Assembly: GCA_965247095.1 (NCBI GenBank)
Contig: OZ251997.1
Location: 2,208,001 to 2,272,000 of the forward strand
Length of the DNA: 64,000 nucleotides
Reading direction: 5' to 3'
DNA from: Candidatus Multivorans sp.
GTDB taxonomy: Bacteria > Acidobacteriota > Thermoanaerobaculia > Multivoradales > Multivoraceae
The notes under the pieces were generated by a model. The model was not told the DNA's origin. It was given only the letters and a program-made list of their open reading frames with translations, and ran no database searches. Shown one piece after another: positions 1-8,975 of this stretch; position 1 is the stretch's first letter, and every line of letters starts with the position of its first letter. The position numbers were made by a program, and so were the translations under genes.

Positions 1-976
1 CACCCGCGTAGATGCCGTCCGATCCCGGGGTCGATCCGATCGCCATCCCGGTGACACTCGGTCCAAGAGGGTCAGGGGCCGGCTCAGGCGCCGCTGGCGT
101 TTCGTTTGTCACCGCTGTGCCGGGAATCAAGAACGCCGCGTTGCCTGCCAGATCCCTCAGGGATGTCGAGTAGGCCACGGCGATCGATACTCCGTCTCCG
201 TGGCTCACGGCGGGGTCGAGCGTCAGACTCACCGCGTTCCCAGCCAGCGCGACATCCGACACCGTGCGGTCATTGCCTCCGACCGTCACCGTGAAGACAC
301 TCGCAGCCGGCGATACGGTGGAATCGAACTCTTCGCGGTAGACGAGCGTCAGCGCGGCGCCGTTCACCACCGGATCGAGCAGCAGACCAGGGCTGACGGA
401 GTCCACTTTGTGACCGGACTGGGCCGGCAGTGCCGAGTACGCGAGATCGGCATCCTCGTTCAGGACGTTCCTGATCGTGCCTCCGTTCAGCGCAATCGTG
501 CCGCCCTCGATACTCACGCCGTCGGTGTCCTCGTCGCCTGTCGTTTTGCTCAGGCCGAGATTGCCAGAGACGAGACGCGCCACATCCGGTGGATCGGAGG
601 CCCATCTCAACCGATGCCCGAACACCAGCGCCGCCGTTCCGGAACCCCGGTCGTACTCCGCCAAGCGCGTCTCATCGCCCACCGTCAAGGCGATCGACGG
701 TGTGCCGTCGTCGACGTTCACCGTCACGGTTTCATCGAACGTGACCGTCACCTCGATCACGTCGTGGCGCGTGTAGTAGCCGTCCGCCCCCGGATCCGAC
801 GTGATCGCGATGCTGTTGACGCTTGCCGCTTGAGCGACTGCCTGGGGCTCCGGGCGGCGACCGTTCACTTGGCTGGACTGAGCTACTGCCTGTCCCTGCA
901 TGAGGCAAATCGCCAGAGCGGCGAGCACGGCAGGACCCAGCATCCCCCCTCCGGTTCGCTTGCTCCACTTCCGCAT
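1..976 (-). CDS. Secreted/surface repeat protein with SwmB-like domain, partial (runs off window start; absent from ORF track)
   Basis: Manual translation from ATG 976: MRKWSKRTGGGMLGPAVLAALAICLMQGQAVAQ signal; Ig-like module SIAITSDPGADGYY..IEVTVTFDETVTV..GTPSIALTVG..GSGTAALVF; SwmB-like VNGAALTLVY..FTVTVGG..VSLTLDPAV..LRDLAGN; second module starts SVTGMAIGSTPGSDGIYAG; no stop to position 1. Confidence 0.8.
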   Translation of the reverse strand, partial: MRKWSKRTGGGMLGPAVLAALAICLMQGQAVAQSSQVNGRRPEPQAVAQAASVNSIAITSDPGADGYYTRHDVIEVTVTFDETVTVNVDDGTPSIALTVGDETRLAEYDRGSGTAALVFGHRLRWASDPPDVARLVSGNLGLSKTTGDEDTDGVSIEGGTIALNGGTIRNVLNEDADLAYSALPAQSGHKVDSVSPGLLLDPVVNGAALTLVYREEFDSTVSPAASVFTVTVGGNDRTVSDVALAGNAVSLTLDPAVSHGDGVSIAVAYSTSLRDLAGNAAFLIPGTAVTNETPAAPEPAPDPLGPSVTGMAIGSTPGSDGIYAG

Positions 977-1035
977 CGGCCGCCGCGTCGTGGCAAAGGC
1001 ACCGTACCACGCACCTGCGAGTCGCTCTGCGCCAG

Positions 1036-2088
1036 CTACCGGTTCGGGCCGCGTTCCATCGGCACCGGCTGCCAGCGTTCGAGTTCCACCCTGGGCAGCA
1101 CCGTGGGGTTGACGCAACTCATCGGCCAGCGGCCGGAGAGCGCCAGGGCCACCTCGCGGCCGACACGACGACGCGTCTCCGGACGCATGCGGGTCGTGGC
1201 CGAGGCGACGTGGGGCGTCAGGATCACGTTATCCATCGCCAGCAGCGGGTTGTCCTTGGCCGGAGGTTCCCTCTCCAGCACGTCGAGTGCCGCGGCGGCA
1301 ATCTGCTTCGTCTCGAGCGCCTCGATCAGAGCCCCCTCGTCGACCGTCGGCCCGCGGCCGGCGTTGATCACGACGGCGGTCTCCTTCATCGCCTCGAACT
1401 GGGGGCCCGAGAGCATGTGCCGGGTCTCATGGTTGAGCGGTGGGTGCATCGACAGGTAGTCGGACCGTTCCAGCAGCTCGCCGAAGCCGACCGGCTCGAC
1501 GCCTTCGCCGGTCATCTTCAACTCGCTGACGTAGGGGTCGTGGGCGATCACGTGCATACCGAAGGGCCTGGCGCGGCGGGCGACCGCCCGCGCCACGTTG
1601 CCGAACGAGATCAGGCCGAGCGTCTGTCCCCACAGCCGCGGCACGTCGTTCAGCAGAGGCCGGCCCTGGAACCAGTCGCCGCGCCTGACCATGGAGTCCA
1701 TTTCGCGCATCCGTCGCGCACCGGCGAGCAGCAGGGCCATCGTGTGGTCGGCGACCTCCTCGATGAACACATCGGGCACGTTCGTGACGACGATGCCCGC
1801 TTCGGTCGCGGCCTCGACGTCGACCATGTCGACCCCGACACTGCCGACACCGATGACGATGCACTCGTCCAGCCCCGCGATCACCGACCGGGAAATGCGA
1901 AAGCCCCACGACGTGATGACGGCAGCCGCATCGGAGGCCTCGGCCAGGAACTCCTCTTCCGTCTTCGCCGCGACCTCGACCAGCTCCGCCACCGGCAGCA
2001 GAGCCTCCAGCTCGAAGTGGTACCGCGTCTCGACCGACGCCGCCTTGGCGATGCCGGACAGTTGGACGACGACCTTCTGCTTCTTCAC
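1036..2088 (-). CDS. D-isomer-specific 2-hydroxyacid dehydrogenase (CtBP/SerA-like)
   Basis: GVDMVDVEAA, VTNVPD, SFGNVA Rossmann, INAGRGPTVDE, LDVLEREP, LTPHVA motifs; GTG start with GGAGG 7 nt upstream. Confidence 0.9.
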   Translation of the reverse strand: MKKQKVVVQLSGIAKAASVETRYHFELEALLPVAELVEVAAKTEEEFLAEASDAAAVITSWGFRISRSVIAGLDECIVIGVGSVGVDMVDVEAATEAGIVVTNVPDVFIEEVADHTMALLLAGARRMREMDSMVRRGDWFQGRPLLNDVPRLWGQTLGLISFGNVARAVARRARPFGMHVIAHDPYVSELKMTGEGVEPVGFGELLERSDYLSMHPPLNHETRHMLSGPQFEAMKETAVVINAGRGPTVDEGALIEALETKQIAAAALDVLEREPPAKDNPLLAMDNVILTPHVASATTRMRPETRRRVGREVALALSGRWPMSCVNPTVLPRVELERWQPVPMERGPNR

Positions 2089-2090
2089 GA

Positions 2091-3752
2091 TCAAGCCTCC
2101 GGCGAGGCGAGTTCGCCCACCGCCCACTCACGCAGTCCGTTGTAGTCGGCCTTGCCATTCGCCGCCCGTCCCACGCTGTCTCGCACCAGGACACGCTTGG
2201 GCGCCTTGTAGGACGCCAGTTCCCGCTTCACCCAACCGATCACATCCGGCTCGCTGAACCGCTCCGGAGCGTCGAGTTCGACCACGGCCGTCACCGCCTG
2301 CCCGAAGCGCTCGTCCGGCACTCCGACACAGACCGCATCCCGCACCGAGGGGTGGGTCTTCAGCACCTCCTCGACCTCCTCCGGGAAGATCTTCTCGCCG
2401 CCGCTGTTGATGCACGCGGAACCGCGGCCGTAGAGCTTGAGCGAGCCGTCCTCTTCGACGGTCGCGTAGTCCCCGGCCATCGAGTAGCGCACGCCGTCGA
2501 CTTCGACGAACATGGCCGCCGTCTTCTCGGGGTCCTTGTAGTACCCGAGCGGGATATGCCCGGTGACGGCGATCCGGCCCAGGACCCCCGAACCCGGTTC
2601 GACTTTCCTGCCGTCGTCGTCGAGCACGCTGGCGTTGTCGCCGAGCACAAAGGACGCCGTCTCGCTGGCCTCGCCGGCGGTCGAGTCCGAACGCCCCATG
2701 CCGATCGACTCCGACGACCCGAGGCTGTCCGTCAGCACCGTCTCCGCCGGGCAGTAGCGCAGGAAGCTGCGCTTGACCTCGGCGCTCCACATGGCGCCGG
2801 AGGACACCACGACCTCGAGGCTCGAGAGATCGAAACGGCCGGGCTGCTCATCGAGCGCCAGGACCATCGGCCGGGCGAAGGCGTCGCCCACGATCGCCAT
2901 CGCGTTGATCCCCTCGGCGGTGATCGCCTCGAGAGTGGCCACCGCGTCGAAGCGGCGGTTGGCGAGGGTGACCACACAGCCGCCGTTCAGCATGCCGCCC
3001 AGCGCGGTGAGGAACCCCGTGCCGTGCATCAGGGGGCAGGCGGGCAGCGAAATGCGCCGCATCAGGAGTTCGTCGAACTGGGGTTTCAGGCCTTCGACGC
3101 CGCCCGACAGGTCGAAGGGGTCGAGGCGGCCGTCGTTGCTGATCTGCCACAGGTCGTCCAACCGCCACATGACGCCCTTCGGCATACCGGTCGTGCCGCC
3201 GGTGTACAGCAGCCACAGGTCGTCGCCGCTGCGCGGCCATGGGGCTTCGAAGGCCAGGGAGTCGCCGGCGGCCGGCGACTGCGCCGCCGCCTGCTCGTAG
3301 GGAATCGCCCACTCCGGACAGGGCCCCGAACCGTCGTCGACCCACAGCCAGGTGTGAATCGCCTGCATCCTGGCCCTCAAAGCCTCGATCCGCGAGGCGA
3401 AACAGCCGTGGAAGACGACCGCCACCACATCCGCGTTGTCCCAGAGATAGAGCAGTTCGCCCTCAACGTAGCGGTAGTTCGTGTTGACCGGCACCAGGGA
3501 GGCCTTGAAGCAGGCCAGCGCCGACTCCAGGTACTCGGGCACGTTGTAAAGGTACTGCGCCACCTTGTCCTGGCGCTTGACGCCGCGCTCGATCAGCGTC
3601 GCCGCCACGCCGTTCGCGCGCCGATGCATTTCGGCCCGCGAGTAGCGGCGGCTCGGGCCGCCGCCCAGGGGATCGATGAAGGCTTGCGCCGGGGCCTCCG
3701 GCTGGTGCTCAGCGATCGCTTCGAGAATGTCCGCGTGATGCCAGTCGCTCAT
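2091..3752 (-). CDS. Acyl-CoA synthetase (FadD19-like AMP-binding enzyme)
   Basis: YTGGTTGMPKGVMW P-loop, GSSE, GD, GRGSACINSGGEKIFPEEVE, YKAPK. Confidence 0.92.
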   Translation of the reverse strand: MSDWHHADILEAIAEHQPEAPAQAFIDPLGGGPSRRYSRAEMHRRANGVAATLIERGVKRQDKVAQYLYNVPEYLESALACFKASLVPVNTNYRYVEGELLYLWDNADVVAVVFHGCFASRIEALRARMQAIHTWLWVDDGSGPCPEWAIPYEQAAAQSPAAGDSLAFEAPWPRSGDDLWLLYTGGTTGMPKGVMWRLDDLWQISNDGRLDPFDLSGGVEGLKPQFDELLMRRISLPACPLMHGTGFLTALGGMLNGGCVVTLANRRFDAVATLEAITAEGINAMAIVGDAFARPMVLALDEQPGRFDLSSLEVVVSSGAMWSAEVKRSFLRYCPAETVLTDSLGSSESIGMGRSDSTAGEASETASFVLGDNASVLDDDGRKVEPGSGVLGRIAVTGHIPLGYYKDPEKTAAMFVEVDGVRYSMAGDYATVEEDGSLKLYGRGSACINSGGEKIFPEEVEEVLKTHPSVRDAVCVGVPDERFGQAVTAVVELDAPERFSEPDVIGWVKRELASYKAPKRVLVRDSVGRAANGKADYNGLREWAVGELASPEA

Positions 3753-4084
3753 GGGCGAAGGAATCTAGCACTCGCGCCCTCATCGGCCGAAACGACTTGC
3801 TCCTGTAGCCGACAACCACGTCAACGTCGCTTCGGCAGCCCCGCGTCTGGCCTTGTCAGCGATCTCTCGTCTTCCTTCGCCCTGAGGCTCCCTCCCACCA
3901 GAGTCTCCCGAACCCAGAACCCCCGCAAAACTACGGGCCTCCTAGTGTCGGGTACCGACTCGCGGGCCCTTCCTACCCCCGCTCTCGTCTCAGCCCTGGC
4001 GCCGCTCGAACATGGCGTCGCTGAACGACGGGCAGGGTCCATGCAAACGGCCAACAACTCCGGCGAGTCGGAAGGAAAGCGACA

Positions 4085-5260
4085 ATGCGTGCCCAAGAAA
4101 CGAAAGAAAGAAAGCGAAACCGATCGAAGTCCAGCCTTGGGCGGCCAACCTGTCTAGCGACCCTGCCTGCGCTAGTGGCCTTGGCGGTTTCGGCCCCTCT
4201 CGCCGCGCAGCAGGGGCGGGATCTGTTGGCTTGGGAAGAACCGCTCCAGATCCGCGGCGAGCAGGTCTTCGTCAAGGAGGCCGTCGGCGCCGTGGCCGTC
4301 TATGAGGTCGGCGACCTCTCGTCCGTCCATGCGACGGCGTCCGAACCCACCGGGGTCGCTTCTGCCGCCACCACGGAGTACAAGTACGACGATGGTACAC
4401 CGGAGTCGTTCACTCGCATCACGAATGCTCATGAACAGGAGTACGCACAGCGATTCCGATTGCCTCGTGCCGGTACCGTCACTTCTGGGACGGTGTCTTT
4501 CGTCCTGACGTTTTACCGCAACTCCGGTGGGCGACCAGGAAGTCAGTTGGCATCGTACTCGGCGACGGCTTCTGGCCTGACCAGAGGCAGTGGGACCTGC
4601 GTATCGGTCGACAGAGGCGACATCACCCGGCAGCGGCTTGCCAGCGGCGATACATGGCTGACCGTCCGGTGGACGAACTCAAGCGGCAAGTTCTTCGCCG
4701 AGGATCGCAACGGACCAGGCGGCACGAGCAACTTCTGGCGGGCCCGATCCTCATCAGGAAGTAGCTGGGGTTCATGAAACGCCGAGACGGTAGCTACGGC
4801 GTACTTCATCCGCCTGGGGGTGGACCACGGCGGAAGCACGCCCGACCCAGACCCGGACCCGGACCCGGATCCGGACCCGGAGCCGCCTCCAATCACCGGC
4901 TGCACTCCAACGACGACGGCGCTCCAGTTCGACGGCGGCTACAAAGTCAGCATGTGCTACCGCACGCCCGCGGGAGAAGAAGGTCAGGCCAAGTCCGGCG
5001 TCTGGGCCTCCGGCCAGTCCGGCATCCTGTGGTTCTTCAACCGGGACAACGCAGAGGTTCTGGTGAAGGTGCTCGACGGCTGTGCCCACAACGGCTACCG
5101 CTGGGTCTTCGTGGCGCCGGTCACAACTGTGGAGTTCAACCTCTGGGTAACGGGTCCGAACGGCGACCGCTGGACCCATAGCAACCAGCAGAATGTGACG
5201 GCGGCAACCAAGAGCGATACGTCGGCATTCAAGTGCGCCGACGAACCCGATGGAGGGTAG
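4085..5260 (+). pseudogene. Secreted protein with Pro-Asp linker and C-terminal 4-Cys domain, interrupted by in-frame TGA at 4775-4777
   Basis: ORFs 4085..4777 and 4820..5260 are in the same frame; read-through gives SSWGS*NAETVATAYFIRLGVDHGG; signal peptide LPALVALAVSAPLAAQ; YKYDDG motif. Confidence 0.75.
4841..4884 (+). repeat. Hexamer tandem repeat (CCGGAC/CCGGAT) encoding a Pro-Asp linker
   Basis: cccgacccagacccggacccggacccggatccggacccggagcc = PDPDPDPDPDPDPEP. Confidence 0.9.
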
Positions 5261-5288
5261 AAGGGTGACGGCGGGTACTTGGGTGGAG

Positions 5289-5355
5289 ACCCGCAGGTGA
5301 AACCGGAGGCGGGCCCTCCGCTGCTGGCGGAGGGAAACCGTGTCCGGTTGCGGGT
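5289..5355 (+). other. Extended intergenic stem-loop
   Basis: Nested pairings ACCCGC/GCGGGT, AACCGGA/TCCGGTT, CCCTCCGC/GCGGAGGG; no U-tract. Confidence 0.5.
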
Positions 5356-5381
5356 AGGACAACGCCGCTAGGACGGCGAAC

Positions 5382-8300
5382 GTGAGATCGAAAAACCGCA
5401 GCACTGCGCGTTTTGTCGGAATGGTGGCCATGCTGGCGTTCGCCGGCGCCTCACTTGCGCGTGCCGAGACCGTCTTGAGCAGCGGTGAATACAGCGACTG
5501 CACGCCGAGCGCGGCGGCGTTGGTGTTCGATGGCGGCTACAGCGTGAGTCTTTGCTATGAAACGCCGGAAGGGCTTGTAGGCGAGGGTCGGGCCGGGATC
5601 TGGGCATCGGGCGAGTCGGGGCTGATGTGGTTCTTCAGTCGCGAGAACGCGGAGATGCTGGTCAAAGTGCTCAACGGCTGCGCCCACAACGGCTACCGTT
5701 GGGTGTTCGTGGCGCCCGTAACCGATGTGGCGTTCAACCTGCAGGTCACGAGCAGCCGCGGCAACCGTTGGCTCCACCGGAACAGACTGGGTGACACCGC
5801 GGCGACCAGCAGCGACATCACGGCGTTCGAATGTGAGACGAACGACGCGTACGGGGCGGATCTGACCGTCCGTTCGGTGTCGGTCCGCGACGCCGACCTC
5901 CGGCCGAGAGACTCCTTCACGCTGCGAGTGGTCATCGAGAATCGCGGCGCCAGCGAGGCACCCCCCACCACCCTCAGCTACTACAGTTCGCGGGATTCCA
6001 CGATCACCGTGAACGACCGAGCGGTCGGCACGGACTTGGTGAGGGGTCTCGCCGCGTCCGAGACAAGTACGAACTCGATCAGGTTGACGGCCCCGTCGAC
6101 CGCCGGTACCTACTACTACGGCGCCTGCGTCGACTCCGTGTCAGACGACGGGAACACCGCGAGCCACTGTTCTGACGCCGCCGCCGTCAAGGTGAGCGTT
6201 CCCGAGGCGCCGCCCGGGCTTGAGAGCGAAGTCGACATGGAGGTCGCCTCAGGCGATACGACCACCTGGTTCGTTGGGGTGGCGAACGCCGCCGGCGATC
6301 TGTACAGCTTCGGCTCATGGTCAGACCACGAAGACATCGCCGTCGTGGAGCAGGTGAGAGGTTCAAGATCGGAGCGATTGCTCCTTGTCACAGGAAAGAA
6401 GGCCGGAACGGCAACCATCACGGTTGTGGCCGCCAACAGCCGAGGCGAACCGTCGGGACTCTCGACCTTCGATGTGCGGGTCACGTCGCCCACTTCCGCG
6501 GCACCTGCTCTTGAGGTCGGGCGAGGCGACGACGCGCTCGATGTCGCGTTCCGCACCACGTTGCGGCCCTTGGAAACGCGGGCCTACGACTATCAGATTC
6601 GGCGGCGGAGACCCCAAACCGCATGGGCCGATGTGGGGTGTCAGCCGGTTCGCAACTCGTCGAACAGCGAAGCAACCGGTTCCGTCTCAACCGCGATCAG
6701 CGGGCTTCGGGCCGGTACAACCTACGAAGTGCGGTACCGATCCCGCCGCACCGCATCATGCGACACCGGTTCGCCCGACATCTGGTCGTCGGTGGGTACG
6801 GGCACGACGAGCGGCATCCCGATCAATGACCCGCCGACGTTCCCCGCCACCACTCCGGCGACCGTCTCGGTGAACGAGAACGCCGGCGAAGACATCAATG
6901 TAGGCCTCCCCGTCGCCGCCGTCGACCCCGACGGCGCCCGGGACATCCTCACCTACAGCTTGAAGGGACAGGACGCGGAGAGCTTTCGGGTCGTTCCCGA
7001 AACCGGGCAAATCCGCACCCGTAGCGGTCGCACCTACGACTTCGAGGCTCGGGACACCTACAACGTCACGGTGGAGGCGCGGGATGTGCATGACGAGACG
7101 GCGAGCTTCCCGGTCATGATCGAGATCCTGGACCTCGAGCAGGGTTGCTCCGCACCGCCGAGGCTACGCCTCAATCCCCAAGACCGGCTACTCGTCGTGC
7201 GATGGGATCCACTGGAGGACGACGACGAAACAGCCCCGGTGCAGGGCTACGAGATCGAGGGGCGCACCGGCTCGAATGGCGCCTGGGGCAACCGTGTCGT
7301 CGTCAGGGGGCGGGAGAAGGACCTCGTGTACTTGTCCGGGCTTACGAACCTCCAACGCTATGACGTTCGAATCCGTCCCTTCGGCCCGGAGGGGGATTGC
7401 GATTGGTCCGCACCGGTGTCCGGAATTCCGCAAACGGATCGGTCGCCGCTGGACCGCGAGGACTTTCAGGATCGGCTAGGGCCCGGCGGCAGGCTCAGCG
7501 ACCGGCGTTTCCTGGCAACCGGCAGGTTCAGCGAAGAGACAGACGGCCGGCGTGTCCACGGCAGCTACCACTACGAGAAGACCGGTCCCGACCGGAGCCT
7601 GATTACCCTCGAGTACGACGAGATCGGCCGCTCCGGCTGTTCGCTCTCCCTCTTGTTCTCCTCGCTTACCGCCGGTTCGTTCCTGGACGAATGCAAGGGC
7701 GCCGGTGTGAATACCGGCTTCGACCTCGAGGAGCCGCCACCGGAACCGGAGAATCTCGCACCGCGGAACCAGACGGAGTTCGGGAAACTGGTCCAGGGCA
7801 AGCAGTTCCTACCCGGCCTTCAGATTGGCGGTCGGTATCGCAACCGTAGCGGTACGGTGTCCATCGCTCTTGGTACCGACGCGGTGGTGCATTCGAGACC
7901 CTCAGGTGATGAAGAACGCCCTGTGAGGTCTCGCTTCGGGGGCCATGAATACGAACGTGTCGGCGCCAACACGGCTCGACTCGTCCTGTGCTTCGGACGT
8001 TTTGGATCGTGTAGCCCGGAATTGGACGAGCGGTGGATCTTCGATCTCGAGTTCATCTCCAGCGACGCAGCGAAATACACCGTCACGATTCACCGTAAGG
8101 GTCATGCGCCGCTCACGTTGGACGGGTTCATCGACTTCGGGAGCGGTGACTACCTCAGCAACTTCCCTCCGGAACTCGTACCGCCCGGCCACCCGCCCCA
8201 GGCTGCCGGCCGAGATCTGTTGGGTGTCGACGCCGCGACCGGTTCGACCTCACTGAGCATCGGCGCGGACTCGTTTCAGACCATTCTGCTGCGCGGCGAC

Positions 8301-8843
8301 GGAATCCAGGACATCGCGTACAGCCCCGGCGACTGGCTGGAGCCGAAGGATGGCGGCAATCAGCGGATGATGATCGTCGGGTCGGGCCCGGCGGCAGCGA
8401 AGTTCGCCGCCGCCAGCGGCGACAGAGCGCCAGGCCACGACGCAGTCGGGCCCGTCTTCGTTTCCAACGAGCAAGCGAATGTGACCGCACTGACAGTCGT
8501 CTGCATGCAGTTCGGAAGGGGAATCCCCATTCGCGGATCGAGGTACTTCTCGCAGCCAAAGGCGCCCAGTGGGGCCGTTCGAGCCTGCCAGCGCGACTGC
8601 GTTCGACGGGGTCTTGACCGCGTACAGGCCTGCGTATGGACCTGCGAGACGACCAACGCCGCATCGGCGGCGCCGGCTCTGAAGACCTCCGGTGGCGGAG
8701 TGCTGCCGCTTCAGCCACTACGCAAGGGCATCGAGTCGTTTGAGAACCTCGCCAGAGGAAAGCTGGCCGAGGCAGGCAGGGTGGAACCGCTGCCGGCGCC
8801 AGCCCCTTCGAGATTCCGCGCCGATCCGAGACGCAGGCATTGA
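5382..8843 (+). CDS. Large secreted multidomain protein: N-terminal 4-Cys domain, CARDB, FN3, cadherin, FN3, Cys-rich tail
   Basis: Signal MVAMLAFAGASLARA; ADLTV..IENRG..GTYYYGACVDSV (CARDB); GLRAGTTYEVRYR and GLTNLQRYDVRIR (FN3); NDPPTF..VNEN..AVDPDG..YDFEARDTYNVTVEARD (cadherin). Confidence 0.8.
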   Translation: MRSKNRSTARFVGMVAMLAFAGASLARAETVLSSGEYSDCTPSAAALVFDGGYSVSLCYETPEGLVGEGRAGIWASGESGLMWFFSRENAEMLVKVLNGCAHNGYRWVFVAPVTDVAFNLQVTSSRGNRWLHRNRLGDTAATSSDITAFECETNDAYGADLTVRSVSVRDADLRPRDSFTLRVVIENRGASEAPPTTLSYYSSRDSTITVNDRAVGTDLVRGLAASETSTNSIRLTAPSTAGTYYYGACVDSVSDDGNTASHCSDAAAVKVSVPEAPPGLESEVDMEVASGDTTTWFVGVANAAGDLYSFGSWSDHEDIAVVEQVRGSRSERLLLVTGKKAGTATITVVAANSRGEPSGLSTFDVRVTSPTSAAPALEVGRGDDALDVAFRTTLRPLETRAYDYQIRRRRPQTAWADVGCQPVRNSSNSEATGSVSTAISGLRAGTTYEVRYRSRRTASCDTGSPDIWSSVGTGTTSGIPINDPPTFPATTPATVSVNENAGEDINVGLPVAAVDPDGARDILTYSLKGQDAESFRVVPETGQIRTRSGRTYDFEARDTYNVTVEARDVHDETASFPVMIEILDLEQGCSAPPRLRLNPQDRLLVVRWDPLEDDDETAPVQGYEIEGRTGSNGAWGNRVVVRGREKDLVYLSGLTNLQRYDVRIRPFGPEGDCDWSAPVSGIPQTDRSPLDREDFQDRLGPGGRLSDRRFLATGRFSEETDGRRVHGSYHYEKTGPDRSLITLEYDEIGRSGCSLSLLFSSLTAGSFLDECKGAGVNTGFDLEEPPPEPENLAPRNQTEFGKLVQGKQFLPGLQIGGRYRNRSGTVSIALGTDAVVHSRPSGDEERPVRSRFGGHEYERVGANTARLVLCFGRFGSCSPELDERWIFDLEFISSDAAKYTVTIHRKGHAPLTLDGFIDFGSGDYLSNFPPELVPPGHPPQAAGRDLLGVDAATGSTSLSIGADSFQTILLRGDGIQDIAYSPGDWLEPKDGGNQRMMIVGSGPAAAKFAAASGDRAPGHDAVGPVFVSNEQANVTALTVVCMQFGRGIPIRGSRYFSQPKAPSGAVRACQRDCVRRGLDRVQACVWTCETTNAASAAPALKTSGGGVLPLQPLRKGIESFENLARGKLAEAGRVEPLPAPAPSRFRADPRRRH

Positions 8844-8975
8844 ACCTTCGTCTGATCGCGCCGGCCTGATCGCCTACCATCGTAGGGATCAACATCGGGT
8901 CTCAAGAAGAGCGGCCCGGTCCCGACAATGAGGCCCCATACTGGAAGCTGGGCCATGAAGAAGGAGGTTCTGGCC

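Noticed and set aside
3753-4084. ncRNA in the 330-nt divergent intergenic region
   Set aside because: No recognisable RNA motif or strong structure by eye; probably promoters
4775-4802. Selenocysteine recoding of the in-frame TGA
   Set aside because: Context fits Trp, there is no redox motif, and the hairpin loop is closer to the UGA than in typical bacterial SECIS elements
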